From Thermoanaerobaculia bacterium (GTDB lineage Bacteria > Acidobacteriota > Thermoanaerobaculia > Multivoradales > UBA5704), in the NCBI GenBank assembly GCA_044226625.1, contig JBGAGQ010000029.1, positions 1 to 64,000 on the forward strand: a stretch of DNA of 64,000 nt, in the 5' to 3' direction. The translations under genes and the position numbers were made by a program. Under the pieces are notes generated by a model. That model saw nothing but the letters and a program-made list of their open reading frames with translations. It had not been told where the DNA came from and did no database searches. Shown piece by piece: positions 1 through 9,242 of the stretch. How positions within the stretch are numbered: position 1 is the first letter of the stretch; every line of letters starts with the position of its first letter.

Positions 1-509
1 GGGTCGTCTTTGAAGACGTTCACCGCCGCTGCCACGGTCGGAAAGCTCTCGCGATTCTCGTACTCTCCGGCCGCTCGGTTGTAGTTCCGCAATCCGGCGA
101 GGTGTCCCGCCAGCTGGCGGGCGGTGATCGGGTGGCTCTTGGGTGGAAAGTAGGGCACGTAGGTCTGGATCGGGGCGTCGAGGTCGATCTTCCCGGCCTC
201 GACCAACTGGCCCAGCACCAGTCCGGTCAACGCCTTCGAGGTGCTGCCCAGCGGAAAGACGGAATCGACGGTCACAGGCTCCTTGGTCTCGAGATCGGCC
301 ACCCCGAAGGCCTGGTGGTAGACCACCTGGCCTTCCAAGCCGACCGCCACGGCGAGGCCGGGGATTCGGCGTTTCTCCAGGAAGGCGCGAAGCTGCTGGT
401 CGGCGGCCGCAATCCGAGGATCCGCCGCGGCGGGAACCGGTGCGGGCGCGGCCGAGGCCACGAACGGAAAGGTGAGTTGAAGGGTGAGGAGGAGCGCTAC
501 GGATCGCAT
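1..509 (-). CDS. Serine hydrolase, beta-lactamase/AmpC-like family, secreted (3' end outside window)
   Basis: Manual translation from ATG at 509: signal peptide MRSVALLLTLQLTFPFVASA, then IPGLAVAV...FPLGSTSK (SxxK), GKIDLDAPI, LAGHLAG; open to the window edge. Confidence 0.85.
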   Translation of the reverse strand, partial: MRSVALLLTLQLTFPFVASAAPAPVPAAADPRIAAADQQLRAFLEKRRIPGLAVAVGLEGQVVYHQAFGVADLETKEPVTVDSVFPLGSTSKALTGLVLGQLVEAGKIDLDAPIQTYVPYFPPKSHPITARQLAGHLAGLRNYNRAAGEYENRESFPTVAAAVNVFKDD

Positions 510-660
510 GGGCTCTACTATACGTAGGCTCGTGGCGGTCGTTTCGTGGCGTTCGCCTCGAGACGGTGGGGGGGGCGTCCTGGTTGTCGTCCTGGTTCCG
601 CAGGGGAGACGACTGGATCCGTGGGGCGATGGGCGATCCGACTACACGATTGTCACCGCG

Positions 661-885
661 TCAACAGCGAACCCCATTCGAGAAGACTTCCCTTCGATGC
701 TTGCTGATGTAGGTGTTGAGCCCGTCCTGTGCGTCCGCCAGCTTCTTCATCGCCGTGAGGTGTCGGTGGGCAACTCGGGGCGCCCTGTATTCGTACACTG
801 TGCCACCCTTGAAATGGATACGAATCCAGTCGTCGCCGTAATCGTACCCGTCGATTCCTGATTCAGAATTGTGGTACGCCTTCAT
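661..885 (-). CDS. Small KTSC-like domain protein
   Basis: ATG 885 after GGAGG RBS; SGIDGYDY...IRIHFKGGTVYEY...GLNTYI resembles the KTSC pattern. Confidence 0.6.
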   Translation of the reverse strand: MKAYHNSESGIDGYDYGDDWIRIHFKGGTVYEYRAPRVAHRHLTAMKKLADAQDGLNTYISKHRREVFSNGVRC

Positions 886-975
886 CGCGGCCTCCTTCCC
901 CTCCTCGAACCCCGCGAGAGCCACGCGATATTCTCCGGACCGGAGGTATCACAGACCTTGAGCGTCAGCAGCACC

Positions 976-1702
976 ATGGTTCAGGGCGCGGAGATCCGTT
1001 TTCAGGAGGCGGCGGAGTGCCTGCGGCCGTTCGTCGGCTGCTTCTGGGTGATCACCGCGGACGAAGACGCCGTTCTTCATCTCGTTCCCGACGGGAGGGC
1101 CTCTGCTCAAACCGGAGGTTCGCCAGCTGGCGGCGCCCGCGACGGTCGTCGGCATTCGGCTCCGGCCGGGGGTCGGCCATCTCGTGACCGGGATCTCCAT
1201 GGAAACGCTGGTGGATCGTCGCGTCGACCTGTCGACGCTCGCATCCTGCCGGGACCTCTTCGCCGATGAGCCTCGTCCGCACTCGCCTTTGGCGCAGATC
1301 GCGTCGCTCGAGCGGTTCTTGATCACGCGGTTGAAGCAGGCCGCGATCCACCCCGTCGTGGCGTCCGCCCTCGCCGAGCTCGAGAGCCGCCGCGGGGACC
1401 TTCGGGCGTCCGAGCTGGCCGCCTGCTGTGGCACGAGCCCTCGGCAGCTGAACCGGCTGATGCGCCGATGGATCGGCTACGGGCCCAAGCGGTTCGCGAC
1501 CATCGTTCGCTTCCAGGCGACGCTGCACGAGATGGAGCGGTCGGCGAAGCAGCCCATGGCTTCGCTGGCGGCGGGCAACGGGTACTACGACCAGTCGCAT
1601 CTGACGAACGAGGCCGTGCGGTTCTCGGGGGCCACTCCAGGCGACCTCGCGCCGCGCGCGGTGACCGATTTTTCCAAGACTCGCTGCGACGACCTTCTCT
1701 AG
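976..1702 (+). pseudogene. AraC-family regulator (DUF6597-type N-terminus), frameshifted by an apparent internal deletion near 1093
   Basis: N-terminus LRPFVGCFWV...VPDG is in one frame; GPLLKPEV...GIRLRPG and the HTH (SPRQLNRL...GYYDQSHL) are in another; the linker between them looks short. Confidence 0.7.
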
Positions 1703-1784
1703 AGTCCGGTCTCGTGATTTGAGGCTCGGGCGGATCCTCGAATCCGTCGAGCTCGATGGCCGGGAGGTTCCATGGGAAGGCAGA
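1489..1784 (+). repeat. Direct repeat copy 1 (AraC 3' end, intergenic region and first codons of the downstream gene)
   Basis: Aligns by eye with 2932-3226 from GCGGTTCGCGAC to ATGGGAAGGCAGA, with scattered substitutions. Confidence 0.9.
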
Positions 1785-1868
1785 ACTGCGCTCGTGTCGT
1801 GCCGCCGATCAAGGCATCGCTCCTCTGGAGGAGAAAGCTCCAGCTCGAGTCCGCGTCTGACTCCCGCA

Positions 1869-2018
1869 TTATTTCTGCGCGAGCACCGAGCCTTTCCCGT
1901 CGCATCGGGGGCAAGTGACAGTCCGACCATTCTGCTCGACCCTGCCCGAGCCGTAGCATCGAGGGCAAGTTTCCTCATGGGGCTCTCTCTCCGGACCCCT
2001 CTCGAAAGGGTTTCCCAT
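1869..2018 (-). CDS. 49-aa DnaJ-type CxxCxGxG zinc-finger microprotein
   Basis: ATG 2018 after GAGGAG; CPRCYGSG and CPRCDGKG motifs. Confidence 0.7.
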   Translation of the reverse strand: MGNPFERGPEREPHEETCPRCYGSGRVEQNGRTVTCPRCDGKGSVLAQK

Positions 2019-2237
2019 TTCTTTCTCCTCACCGAGAGCGCAATCGCCCTCCACTGCCTCTAAACGCGCAAGCCGGGCGAAATTCGAGTCATCTGCTCGC
2101 GTTGCGGTTCCGAACCGGTGATGACACTCTTTTGCCTGGGTTGTCGCGTCTAGGTATTGAACTTTGAAGTTGTCCTCTCGAATGCCATTTCACTTGGGCT
2201 AGGGCACCTTCATTTAGATGAAGAGAAGGAGTCGTCA

Positions 2238-2666
2238 ATGATTGGACAGGAGCAGGGAGATATCAGAGTTCGGAGAGTTCTCGATCAACTCGGCTTAAAG
2301 TATTCAGTTACGGATTCAGGGTCATTCAAACTACTATTTGATGTCGGAGACGGTCGATCACAGCTGGCCTGGATCGATTCCACAACCCATATCTACCAGT
2401 CACTCGAAATCCGGGAGATCTGGTCCGTAGGCTACGAAATCAAAGGGGAAATACCGCAAGGCCTGGCCAACAAATTGCTCCGCATCAATAACTCGATCAA
2501 GCTTGGAGCCTGGAGAGTGTTCTTCGATGGGACCACAAGCTATGCTCTGTTCGCGGTTCATACTTCTGCCAGCGCTGATGCTGCATCGATTCGCTCCTTA
2601 CTAGAGCTTGTCACGACAACGTCCGATAGTTTTGAAAGGGAGCACGCTGGCGGCGACCGGTATTGA
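2238..2666 (+). CDS. YbjN/T3SS-chaperone-like domain protein
   Basis: ATG 2238 after AAGGAG; 142 aa; LANKLLRINNSIKLGAW and TSDSFE patterns; GC visibly lower than flanks. Confidence 0.6.
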   Translation: MIGQEQGDIRVRRVLDQLGLKYSVTDSGSFKLLFDVGDGRSQLAWIDSTTHIYQSLEIREIWSVGYEIKGEIPQGLANKLLRINNSIKLGAWRVFFDGTTSYALFAVHTSASADAASIRSLLELVTTTSDSFEREHAGGDRY

Positions 2667-2723
2667 GCATGCTTCATCTTTCGTCAAGTACATGTACTCT
2701 ACTCGCGGCGAGGGATCGACCAG

Positions 2724-2918
2724 ATGGCGCGCATCATGAGTCGCTGGACTGAGCATTGCCGTTGCACACACGGTTGCCCCACGTATGCGGAAATCACCCA
2801 ATGGAGCTGCGGGTGCGTGGAGGTAATGATTTTCAAGGATCGAAGTCGCGGCTGGGACTGCACGGACTTTAGCGGTATGCGGAGAAGCTGCGGGAAGCCG
2901 GGACGGCCCGGGGAATAG
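2724..2918 (+). CDS. Hypothetical small Cys-rich protein
   Basis: 64 aa, 7 Cys, GAGGGA upstream; fills the gap in the low-GC cargo; no recognised family. Confidence 0.35.
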   Translation: MARIMSRWTEHCRCTHGCPTYAEITQWSCGCVEVMIFKDRSRGWDCTDFSGMRRSCGKPGRPGE

Positions 2919-2931
2919 GTGTCAGCCTTTG

Positions 2932-3226
2932 GCGGTTCGCGACGATCGTTCGCTTCCAAGCGACGCTGCATGAGATGGGGCGGTCGGCGGAGCAGCCCAT
3001 GGCCTCGCTGGCGGCAAACACTGGGTACTACGACCAGTCGCACCTGACGAACGAGGCCGTACGGTTCTCGGGCGCCACGCCGGGCGACCTCGCGCCGCGC
3101 GCGGTGACCGATTTTTCCAAGACTCGATGCGACGACCTTCTCTAGATTCCGACCCGTTGGCTCGAGGGTCGTGCGGATCCGGGATCCCTCGATCTCGATA
3201 GCCGGGAGGTCCTATGGGAAGGCAGA
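2932..3226 (+). repeat. Direct repeat copy 2 (AraC 3' remnant and upstream region of the 3214 gene)
   Basis: Homologous to 1489-1784; encodes a YYDQSHLTNEAVRFSGATPGDLAPRAVTDFSKT remnant. Confidence 0.9.
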
Positions 3227-3597
3227 TCGTCGGCGTGGTCCTTGGATGGTTGGCGTGGCTCGCGACGGCCCTCGTCGCGGGCGTTTTCCTGCGATGGCTG
3301 TGGCCCGAATACGTCGCCGCGTCGGCGGACATGGCGTTCACGTTGGCGATGAAGCTCACCCGACTCTCGATCGGGGCGTTGGCGACCGTCGCGGCGGGGG
3401 CGGTCGCGGCTCTCGTCGGGAGATCGATCCGGACGGCGGCGATCGCCGGCGCGATCCTGCTCGCGGCGTTCATCCCCGTGCACATCTCCCTCTGGGGCAA
3501 GTTCCCCCTTTGGTACCACCTGACGTTCCTCGTCTCGCTGGTCCCGCTCGCCGTGCTGGGGGGCAGGCTCGCGCCGCCGTCCCGAAGGCCCGCATAG
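3214..3597 (+). CDS. Small integral membrane protein (about 4 TM)
   Basis: GGGAGG RBS; four hydrophobic segments; C-terminal FPLWYH. Confidence 0.75.
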   Translation: MGRQIVGVVLGWLAWLATALVAGVFLRWLWPEYVAASADMAFTLAMKLTRLSIGALATVAAGAVAALVGRSIRTAAIAGAILLAAFIPVHISLWGKFPLWYHLTFLVSLVPLAVLGGRLAPPSRRPA

Positions 3598-3649
3598 GTC
3601 GTCGGCGCCCTCGAATCAGGAATTCTCTTCTCCCCCCAAAAAAGACACA

Positions 3650-3719
3650 CGTAGGGGCGGTGCTTGCCTCCGCCCGAGATCTGGGCTCACCGCGGGCGGA
3701 GGCAAGCTCCGCCCCTACG
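3650..3719. repeat. GTAG-type REP-like palindrome
   Basis: CGTAGGGGCGGTGCTTGCCTCCGCCCG...CGGGCGGAGGCAAGCTCCGCCCCTACG inverted repeat; related copy at 23468. Confidence 0.8.
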
Positions 3720-3793
3720 CTCAAGCCGACGTCCACGGGCCGGCCTACCGATTTGTTTTCACCCTAAGGACCCGGCGGAACAACGGCGCGGAA

Positions 3794-3830
3794 CTAATAC
3801 CGACCCTCCCCCCCGACGTCTTACCCCCAG
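3794..3830 (+). promoter_or_regulatory. Putative promoter/operator upstream of precursor P1
   Basis: CTAATACCGAC-N12-CGTCTTACCCCCAG, matching 54887-54924 upstream of the paralog P2. Confidence 0.55.
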
Positions 3831-3937
3831 CCGGCGACGGCTACTAACTATTGGGCCGGGCTCGTCCCGCCTTCGTGGGTCGTATCGACGAGGGCGTCGG
3901 GCGTTCCATCGGCCACTATCGAACAAGGAGATTTCTC

Positions 3938-4132
3938 ATGAAGCGCAAGCTCCGCCTCAATCGCGACACGATCGTCCGCCTCTCTCCCGCCGAGATCGAA
4001 GGTGCCCAGGGCGGCGGAATCTCCCGCATCACCGACGTCGGCTGCCCGCAGTACACGGTGTACCGCAGCTGCGCGATCAGTTGCGGCGGTACCTGTTTCG
4101 AGATCACCTGCGCTCCCTCGGCCTGCTTCTAA
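3938..4132 (+). CDS. RiPP (lanthipeptide-like) precursor P1, 64 aa, double-Gly leader
   Basis: AAGGAG RBS; MKRKLRLNRDTIVRLSPAEIEGAQGG then GISRITDVGCPQYTVYRSCAISCGGTCFEITCAPSACF (6 Cys). Confidence 0.8.
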   Translation: MKRKLRLNRDTIVRLSPAEIEGAQGGGISRITDVGCPQYTVYRSCAISCGGTCFEITCAPSACF

Positions 4133-4173
4133 GGCCGGATTCAAGGGGCTGCTTCTAACAGAGGCCCGAGGCT

Positions 4174-4197
4174 CGCCCGCCCCACCCGGGGCGGGCG
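4174..4197. terminator. GC-rich hairpin after P1
   Basis: CGCCCGCCCC-ACCC-GGGGCGGGCG, 10-bp stem; no U-tract. Confidence 0.4.
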
Positions 4198-4293
4198 GCA
4201 CGTTGTCTCCAGCGTCGGAGAGGATCCCGCCCGCTACGGATTGGCCGGGCCGCGGCGAGGACGTCTCCGCTTCGGCTTCCGTACACTCCGCGC

Positions 4294-5127
4294 GTGATCA
4301 CTCGCCGCAGATTCCTTCGGCTCTCGTTGGGCGCGTCCGCGCTCGGCACGGGGCTCTATACCTGGCAGATCGAGCCGCATTGGCTGGAGATCGTCCGGCG
4401 CCCGTTGCCGATCGAGGGATTGCCGGCAGCGCTCGAAGGCAAGAGCCTCGCCCAGATCACCGACGTCCATGCCGGGCCGAGCGTCTCCGACCGGTACCTC
4501 TTCGAGACCTTCGACCGGGTGAAAGCCCTCGCCCCGGACGTGGTGGTCTACACGGGCGATTTCACGAGCTACGAGCCGGGGATCGTCGCGCACGCGGAGA
4601 GGGTGTATGCCGATCTTCCCCGCGGCCGGCTCGCGACGTTCGGCATCCTCGGCAACCACGACTACGGACCGAACTGGGCCCATCCGGAGTTGGCGGATCG
4701 CATCGCGGATCTCATGCGCTCGCTCGGGGTTCGGATCCTGCGCAACGAGGTGGCCGAGGTCGCGGGCCTTCAGATCGCCGGAATGGACGACCTTTGGGGG
4801 CATCGCTTCGACGGCGAACGGACGCTCGCCGCCTTGGACCGCCAACGGGCCTCGATCGTGCTGAGCCACAACCCGGACACCGTCGACCTTCCGGTCTGGA
4901 ATGGATATCGAGGCTGGATCCTCGCCGGCCACACGCATGGCGGGCAGTGCAAACCGCCGTTCCTTCCTCCGCCGATGATTCCAGTCAAGAACCGACGCTA
5001 CACCGCTGGCGAATTCGAGCTCGCCGGCGACCGGCGCCTCTATATCAGCCGGGGCGTCGGGCACCTGCTCCAGGTTCGCTTCAACGCCCGCCCGGAAGTT
5101 GCGGTCTTCGAACTTCAGGCCACATAG
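4294..5127 (+). CDS. Metallophosphoesterase (YkuE/YaeI-like), Tat-type N-terminus
   Basis: TRRRFL; DVH, GDF, GNHD, SHNPD and GHTHGGQ motifs. Confidence 0.9.
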   Translation: MITRRRFLRLSLGASALGTGLYTWQIEPHWLEIVRRPLPIEGLPAALEGKSLAQITDVHAGPSVSDRYLFETFDRVKALAPDVVVYTGDFTSYEPGIVAHAERVYADLPRGRLATFGILGNHDYGPNWAHPELADRIADLMRSLGVRILRNEVAEVAGLQIAGMDDLWGHRFDGERTLAALDRQRASIVLSHNPDTVDLPVWNGYRGWILAGHTHGGQCKPPFLPPPMIPVKNRRYTAGEFELAGDRRLYISRGVGHLLQVRFNARPEVAVFELQAT

Positions 5128-5159
5128 GTCCGTTCACCGTCGCGCCGCGCTCGGGAGGC

Positions 5160-5828
5160 TCAAATCCGCCCGGGATCTCGAAATCCCTTGAGGAAAAGCC
5201 AAACCACCAGGGCTAGCTGACATAAGCCGATCGGTGCGAGCAGGAGGAACATCACAGGGTATCCGAAGAAGGGCAGCGAAAGCGTCGCCATTTGCAGCAC
5301 CGACGCGGCGAGCCCCACGGCGGCGAGCGCGCGTGGAACCAGGGCGAAGCGAAACAGCATGGCGTAGAGCGCCAGCAGCACACCCCCGTCGGTCAGCCGA
5401 CCCGCGAAGTGCGCCCAATTCCGGGACGAGGCCACAACACCGCGCAGAGCCTGGAATTGCGCCTGTTCGGCCGGAGCGGCCTGGGCGTAAGCCTGAGAGA
5501 GCGACACCATGGACATGACGCTGGACTGTTCGAGCACCGCAACCGCCAGGCTCACGACGCCCATGCCGAAGAACCAGAGCGCCATCCTCTGGCTGAGCGG
5601 ACGAAAGAGCGGGTAGGCCAGGATCGTGATCGTCAGGAAGATCGCGCCGATCGCGATTCCCAACAACGCCGAGGCGCCGATCTGCCGGGCATGAGGCGCG
5701 GCAGTTTCCAGGAAACCCGGTTTGCCGAAAAGCGGTTTGGTCAGTGTGAAGTTCACGACGAAACTGCCCACCATCTGCGCCAGAAACAGGGCGCCGAGGG
5801 TTCGAGCCGCGCGCATTTCCCTTTCCAT
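5160..5828 (-). CDS. DUF4386-like membrane protein
   Basis: ATG 5828 after AAGGAG; ARTLGALFL N-terminus, about 6 TM, WLFLKGF C-terminus. Confidence 0.7.
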   Translation of the reverse strand: MEREMRAARTLGALFLAQMVGSFVVNFTLTKPLFGKPGFLETAAPHARQIGASALLGIAIGAIFLTITILAYPLFRPLSQRMALWFFGMGVVSLAVAVLEQSSVMSMVSLSQAYAQAAPAEQAQFQALRGVVASSRNWAHFAGRLTDGGVLLALYAMLFRFALVPRALAAVGLAASVLQMATLSLPFFGYPVMFLLLAPIGLCQLALVVWLFLKGFRDPGRI

Positions 5829-6001
5829 GACGATCTCCTTCGGAACGAGGGAGCGCTCGGTCGCGCCCCCTCCATTCGACAGCGGTGAAAAGGCTGGGAC
5901 TGAATCGAGATCCCCTACGACCGAGAGGAACCTGGAGTTTCGATCGCCGGTCGGCCTGGGAGGCACGCCGCGAACAGGCTCTTGCTATCGTGCGCCGATC
6001 C

Positions 6002-6973
6002 ATGGCCAAGCCTTTCTCCCTCCCGCCTTCCGGTCCGCCCGCTCCGTTCGTCCTCGGCGCCGGCCGGTCCGGGACGACGATGCTTCGGCTGATGCTCGAC
6101 TCGCACAGCCGGCTCGCGATCCCGCCCGAGACGGGCTTCGCCGAGGAGATCGAGCGGCGCATGTCGGACGGCACACCTCTCGCGGACGCCGCGCTCGGCG
6201 CCATTTCCGACTGCCACAACGGGGCGAGCTTCGGCCTGTCGCGGATCGATCTCGCCCAAGCGTTCGCCGACCTCCCGCCGGGAGATCGATCGGGAGGTGG
6301 GGTCGGGCTCGCGCTACGGGCGTTCTATCGCCTCTATGCCGCGCGCCGCGGCAAACCCCGCTGGGGGGACAAGACCCCGATCCATACCGGGCACGTCGCG
6401 CGGCTCGCCCGCCACCTGCCCGAAGCGCGATTCATCCACCTGATCCGCGACGGCCGCGACGTCGCCGCGTCGATCCGCGACCTCTGGTTCGCGCCGAGCC
6501 GCGATCCGGCGGCCCTTGCCCGCTGGTGGCGAGAGACGATCGAAACGGCACGCCGGCAGGCGAGCGGCCTCCCTCCGGGCCGATATTTCGAGGTTCGATA
6601 CGAGGACCTGGTTTCGCACCCCCGGCGCGAGCTCGAGCGGATCTGCGCATGGATCGAGTTGCCGTTCGAGGCGGGAATGCTGGAATTCCACACCCGGGCC
6701 GCCGAGCGCCTCGCCGAGCTGCGCACCGTCCAAGAGCCGGACGGCCGCTTGGTGATCGAGGAAGAAGAACGGCGCCGCATTCACGCGCTGACGTTGGAAC
6801 CTCCCGCCCTCGAGCGAATCGGTCGCTTCCGTAGGCTCCTCGCTGAACGCGAGATCGCGGCGTTCGAAGCCGAAGCGGGCGATTTCCTCGAGACCCTGGG
6901 CTACCCGCTCGAGGCGGTCGATCGCCCGACGGCCCCCGTTCGGCCGCAATCCTCTCTCTCGGAGGCCGTATGA
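6002..6973 (+). CDS. Sulfotransferase family protein
   Basis: GAGRSGTTML (5'-PSB), WGDKTP, IRDGRDVAAS (3'-PB), RYEDLV. Confidence 0.9.
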   Translation: MAKPFSLPPSGPPAPFVLGAGRSGTTMLRLMLDSHSRLAIPPETGFAEEIERRMSDGTPLADAALGAISDCHNGASFGLSRIDLAQAFADLPPGDRSGGGVGLALRAFYRLYAARRGKPRWGDKTPIHTGHVARLARHLPEARFIHLIRDGRDVAASIRDLWFAPSRDPAALARWWRETIETARRQASGLPPGRYFEVRYEDLVSHPRRELERICAWIELPFEAGMLEFHTRAAERLAELRTVQEPDGRLVIEEEERRRIHALTLEPPALERIGRFRRLLAEREIAAFEAEAGDFLETLGYPLEAVDRPTAPVRPQSSLSEAV

Positions 6974-8227
6974 AACCGTCTCGACGACCGACCGCGACGA
7001 ACAGGCCCTTAATCGTCGCGCTTCTTTCAGGCATGCTCGCCTCGATCACTACTCTTGCGACCCCGCTCCTGGGAGCCGCCCCGGGCCGCGAGATGGTGAT
7101 CCATGCGGGTACTCTGATCGACGGCGTTTCCGCCATGCCGCGACGGGAGATGTCGATCCTCATTCGGGACGACCGGATCGTCGGCGTCGAACCGGGGTAC
7201 GTCGCGCCGGCGGGAATGGAGGTGGTCGACCTCTCGAAGTCGACCGTGATGCCGGGCTTCATCGATTGACCTGCGCGCGATGTTGCAGCAAGGATTCACC
7301 GGCGCACGGGACCTCGGCGGCGGCGACGAGACGGTGGCGGTGCGCAACGCGATCGACGGCGGCAAGATCCCCGGGCCGCGCCTTTGGGTTTCGCTCGAGC
7401 CGCTCGGGCCGACGGCCGGCCATGGCGACGCGAGGAGCGGCCTCGACCCCAAGCTTTCGCATCCGGGTTGGGACAACGGCCTCGTCGACTCCGCGGACCA
7501 AGCGCGGCTGCGCGTTCGAGAGCACAAGCGGCGCGGTGCCGATCTGATCAAGATCATGCCGTCCGGGGGGATCGCTTCGACGGGCGACGATCCTCGGGCT
7601 CAGCTGATGACCGAAGAGGAGATGAGGACCGCCGTCGAGACCGCGCACGCGCTCGGCATGAAAGTCGCGGCGCATCTCTATCCGTCCGGCGCGATCGAGA
7701 ACGCCGTCCGAGCCGGCGTCGATTCCGTCGAGCACGGATCGTTCGCCACGAGCGAGACGTTCGCGCTCATGAAGTCCCATGGCACCTATCTGGTTCCGAC
7801 TCTCTCGGTCTTCGACGTCTTCTACGCGGTGGCCCGGGATCATCCGGAGCTGCTCGCGCCCGGCACGGCCCAGAAAGAGCTCGCGAACGACCTCCTGCCG
7901 AAGGCGAACTTCCCCCTCGCCGTGAAATCGGGCGTCAAGATCGCCTATGGCACCGATCTCGGGGAAGGCGACCACGCGATGGAGTTCGGCCTCATGATCG
8001 CGAACGGGCTAAGCCCGATGGAGGCGATCTTCGCGGCGACTCGAAATGCCGCGGACCTCCTCGGAGCCGCGGATCGCGTCGGCTCGATCCAGCCCGGACG
8101 GTTCGCCGACCTCGTCGCGACCGACGGAGATCCTCTGAAAGATCCCACCGCGTTGGAGAGGATCCAATTCGTGCTCAAGGGAGGCGTCGTCTATCGCACC
8201 GGAGGGGTTCCCACCGCGTTTCGTTGA
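6970..8227 (+). pseudogene. Secreted amidohydrolase (Xaa-Pro dipeptidase-like), interrupted near 7268
   Basis: TVMPGFID is followed at once by a stop; the expected HxH segment is missing; DLRAMLQQGFTGARDLG...IKIM...AAH...VEHG...YGTD continues in another frame. Confidence 0.75.
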
Positions 8228-8304
8228 GACCGGCGGTGGTCTTCGGGATCTCGAGCCGCGGTTCCCTCCGCCGATGGCACCTCGATTGCTCGGACGAAAA
8301 GCGG

Positions 8305-9093
8305 ATGAGAGACAAGAATTCGAAGAGCCCGAACCTCCTCGCTTGGAGTGCCTTGCTCCTTCTCCTGCTCGCCGAGGGCTCCGCGGTCGCGGCGGAGAAG
8401 GTCGTCGCCAGCGGCGGTTCGATTCGACAAGCGACGCTCCGCCCCGCTCCGGTCCGCCAGCTCGAGATTCGCCGAACGGAGCAGCGGCTTGCCGAGCTTG
8501 GCTACTGGACGGGCCCGGTCGACGGCGTATGGGACGGCGCTTCGCGCCAGGCCCTGATCGCCTTTCAGAAGATGCAGGGCGCGCGGCCGACCGGCGAGCC
8601 GACCCGGGCCGAGTGGAACGCGCTTTCGGCGGCTTTGCCGCCCCTTCCGCGCGAGGCGAGCGGTCCACACGTCGAGGTGGACCTCGCGCGGCAGGTGCTG
8701 TTCCTGGTCGACGCCGAGGGGCGAGTCGGCAACATCCTCCCGATCTCCTCCGGCAGCGGCAAGACGTTCCACGAGAACGGCTATCCCGAAACCCGCGCGG
8801 TCACGCCGTGCGGACGGCTGGAGGTCTACGCCCGCGCCTCCGGTTGGAAGACCAGCCCTCTCGGCAAGATGCACAATCCGCTCTACATCGTGGGAGGCAT
8901 CGCGATCCACGGCAGCGAGGAGATGCGCACCTACCCCGCGAGCCACGGTTGTATCCGCATTCCCATGTTCGCCTCGCGCCTCCTGCCGACCCTGGTGCCG
9001 AAAGGAACGCCGGTCTTCGTCTACGGTTGCCCGGAGGAACGAGCCGTCGCGTCGGCAGGCCCCGGCTCCGCCGAGCTCCTCGGAAAGAAGTAG
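8305..9093 (+). CDS. L,D-transpeptidase with peptidoglycan-binding domain
   Basis: Signal peptide; RLAELGYWTGPVDG...ALIAFQ PG-binding domain; IAIHG...SHGCIR catalytic motif. Confidence 0.9.
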   Translation: MRDKNSKSPNLLAWSALLLLLLAEGSAVAAEKVVASGGSIRQATLRPAPVRQLEIRRTEQRLAELGYWTGPVDGVWDGASRQALIAFQKMQGARPTGEPTRAEWNALSAALPPLPREASGPHVEVDLARQVLFLVDAEGRVGNILPISSGSGKTFHENGYPETRAVTPCGRLEVYARASGWKTSPLGKMHNPLYIVGGIAIHGSEEMRTYPASHGCIRIPMFASRLLPTLVPKGTPVFVYGCPEERAVASAGPGSAELLGKK

Positions 9094-9242
9094 CGTCACG
9101 GCGAACCCGGTCCTCGGGGAGGCCCCGAGCGTCCGGCATGGCCCCCAGCGGCCGGCGTGGTAGATTTGTTTCATCCATCCCCAAGCTCTGCCACGCCTAT
9201 CCCAGGCGCCGAGCCGGACATCCCTTTTTTGGAGGTTTTCTG

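Noticed and set aside
3851-3937. Longer starts for P1 (3851) and P5 (49747) given in the ORF track
   Set aside because: RBS position and leader alignment with the paralogs support starts at 3938 and 49804.
4150-4210. Possible integron attC site (TAAC...GTT around a hairpin)
   Set aside because: The right end GTTGTCT does not fit GTTRRRY, there are no repeated sites and no integron integrase; more likely a terminator-like hairpin.
6002-6973. Sulfotransferase or nearby peptidases (tricorn, amidase) as tailoring enzymes for the precursors
   Set aside because: They are not co-operonic with any precursor and neighbours differ at every precursor locus; proximity alone is insufficient.
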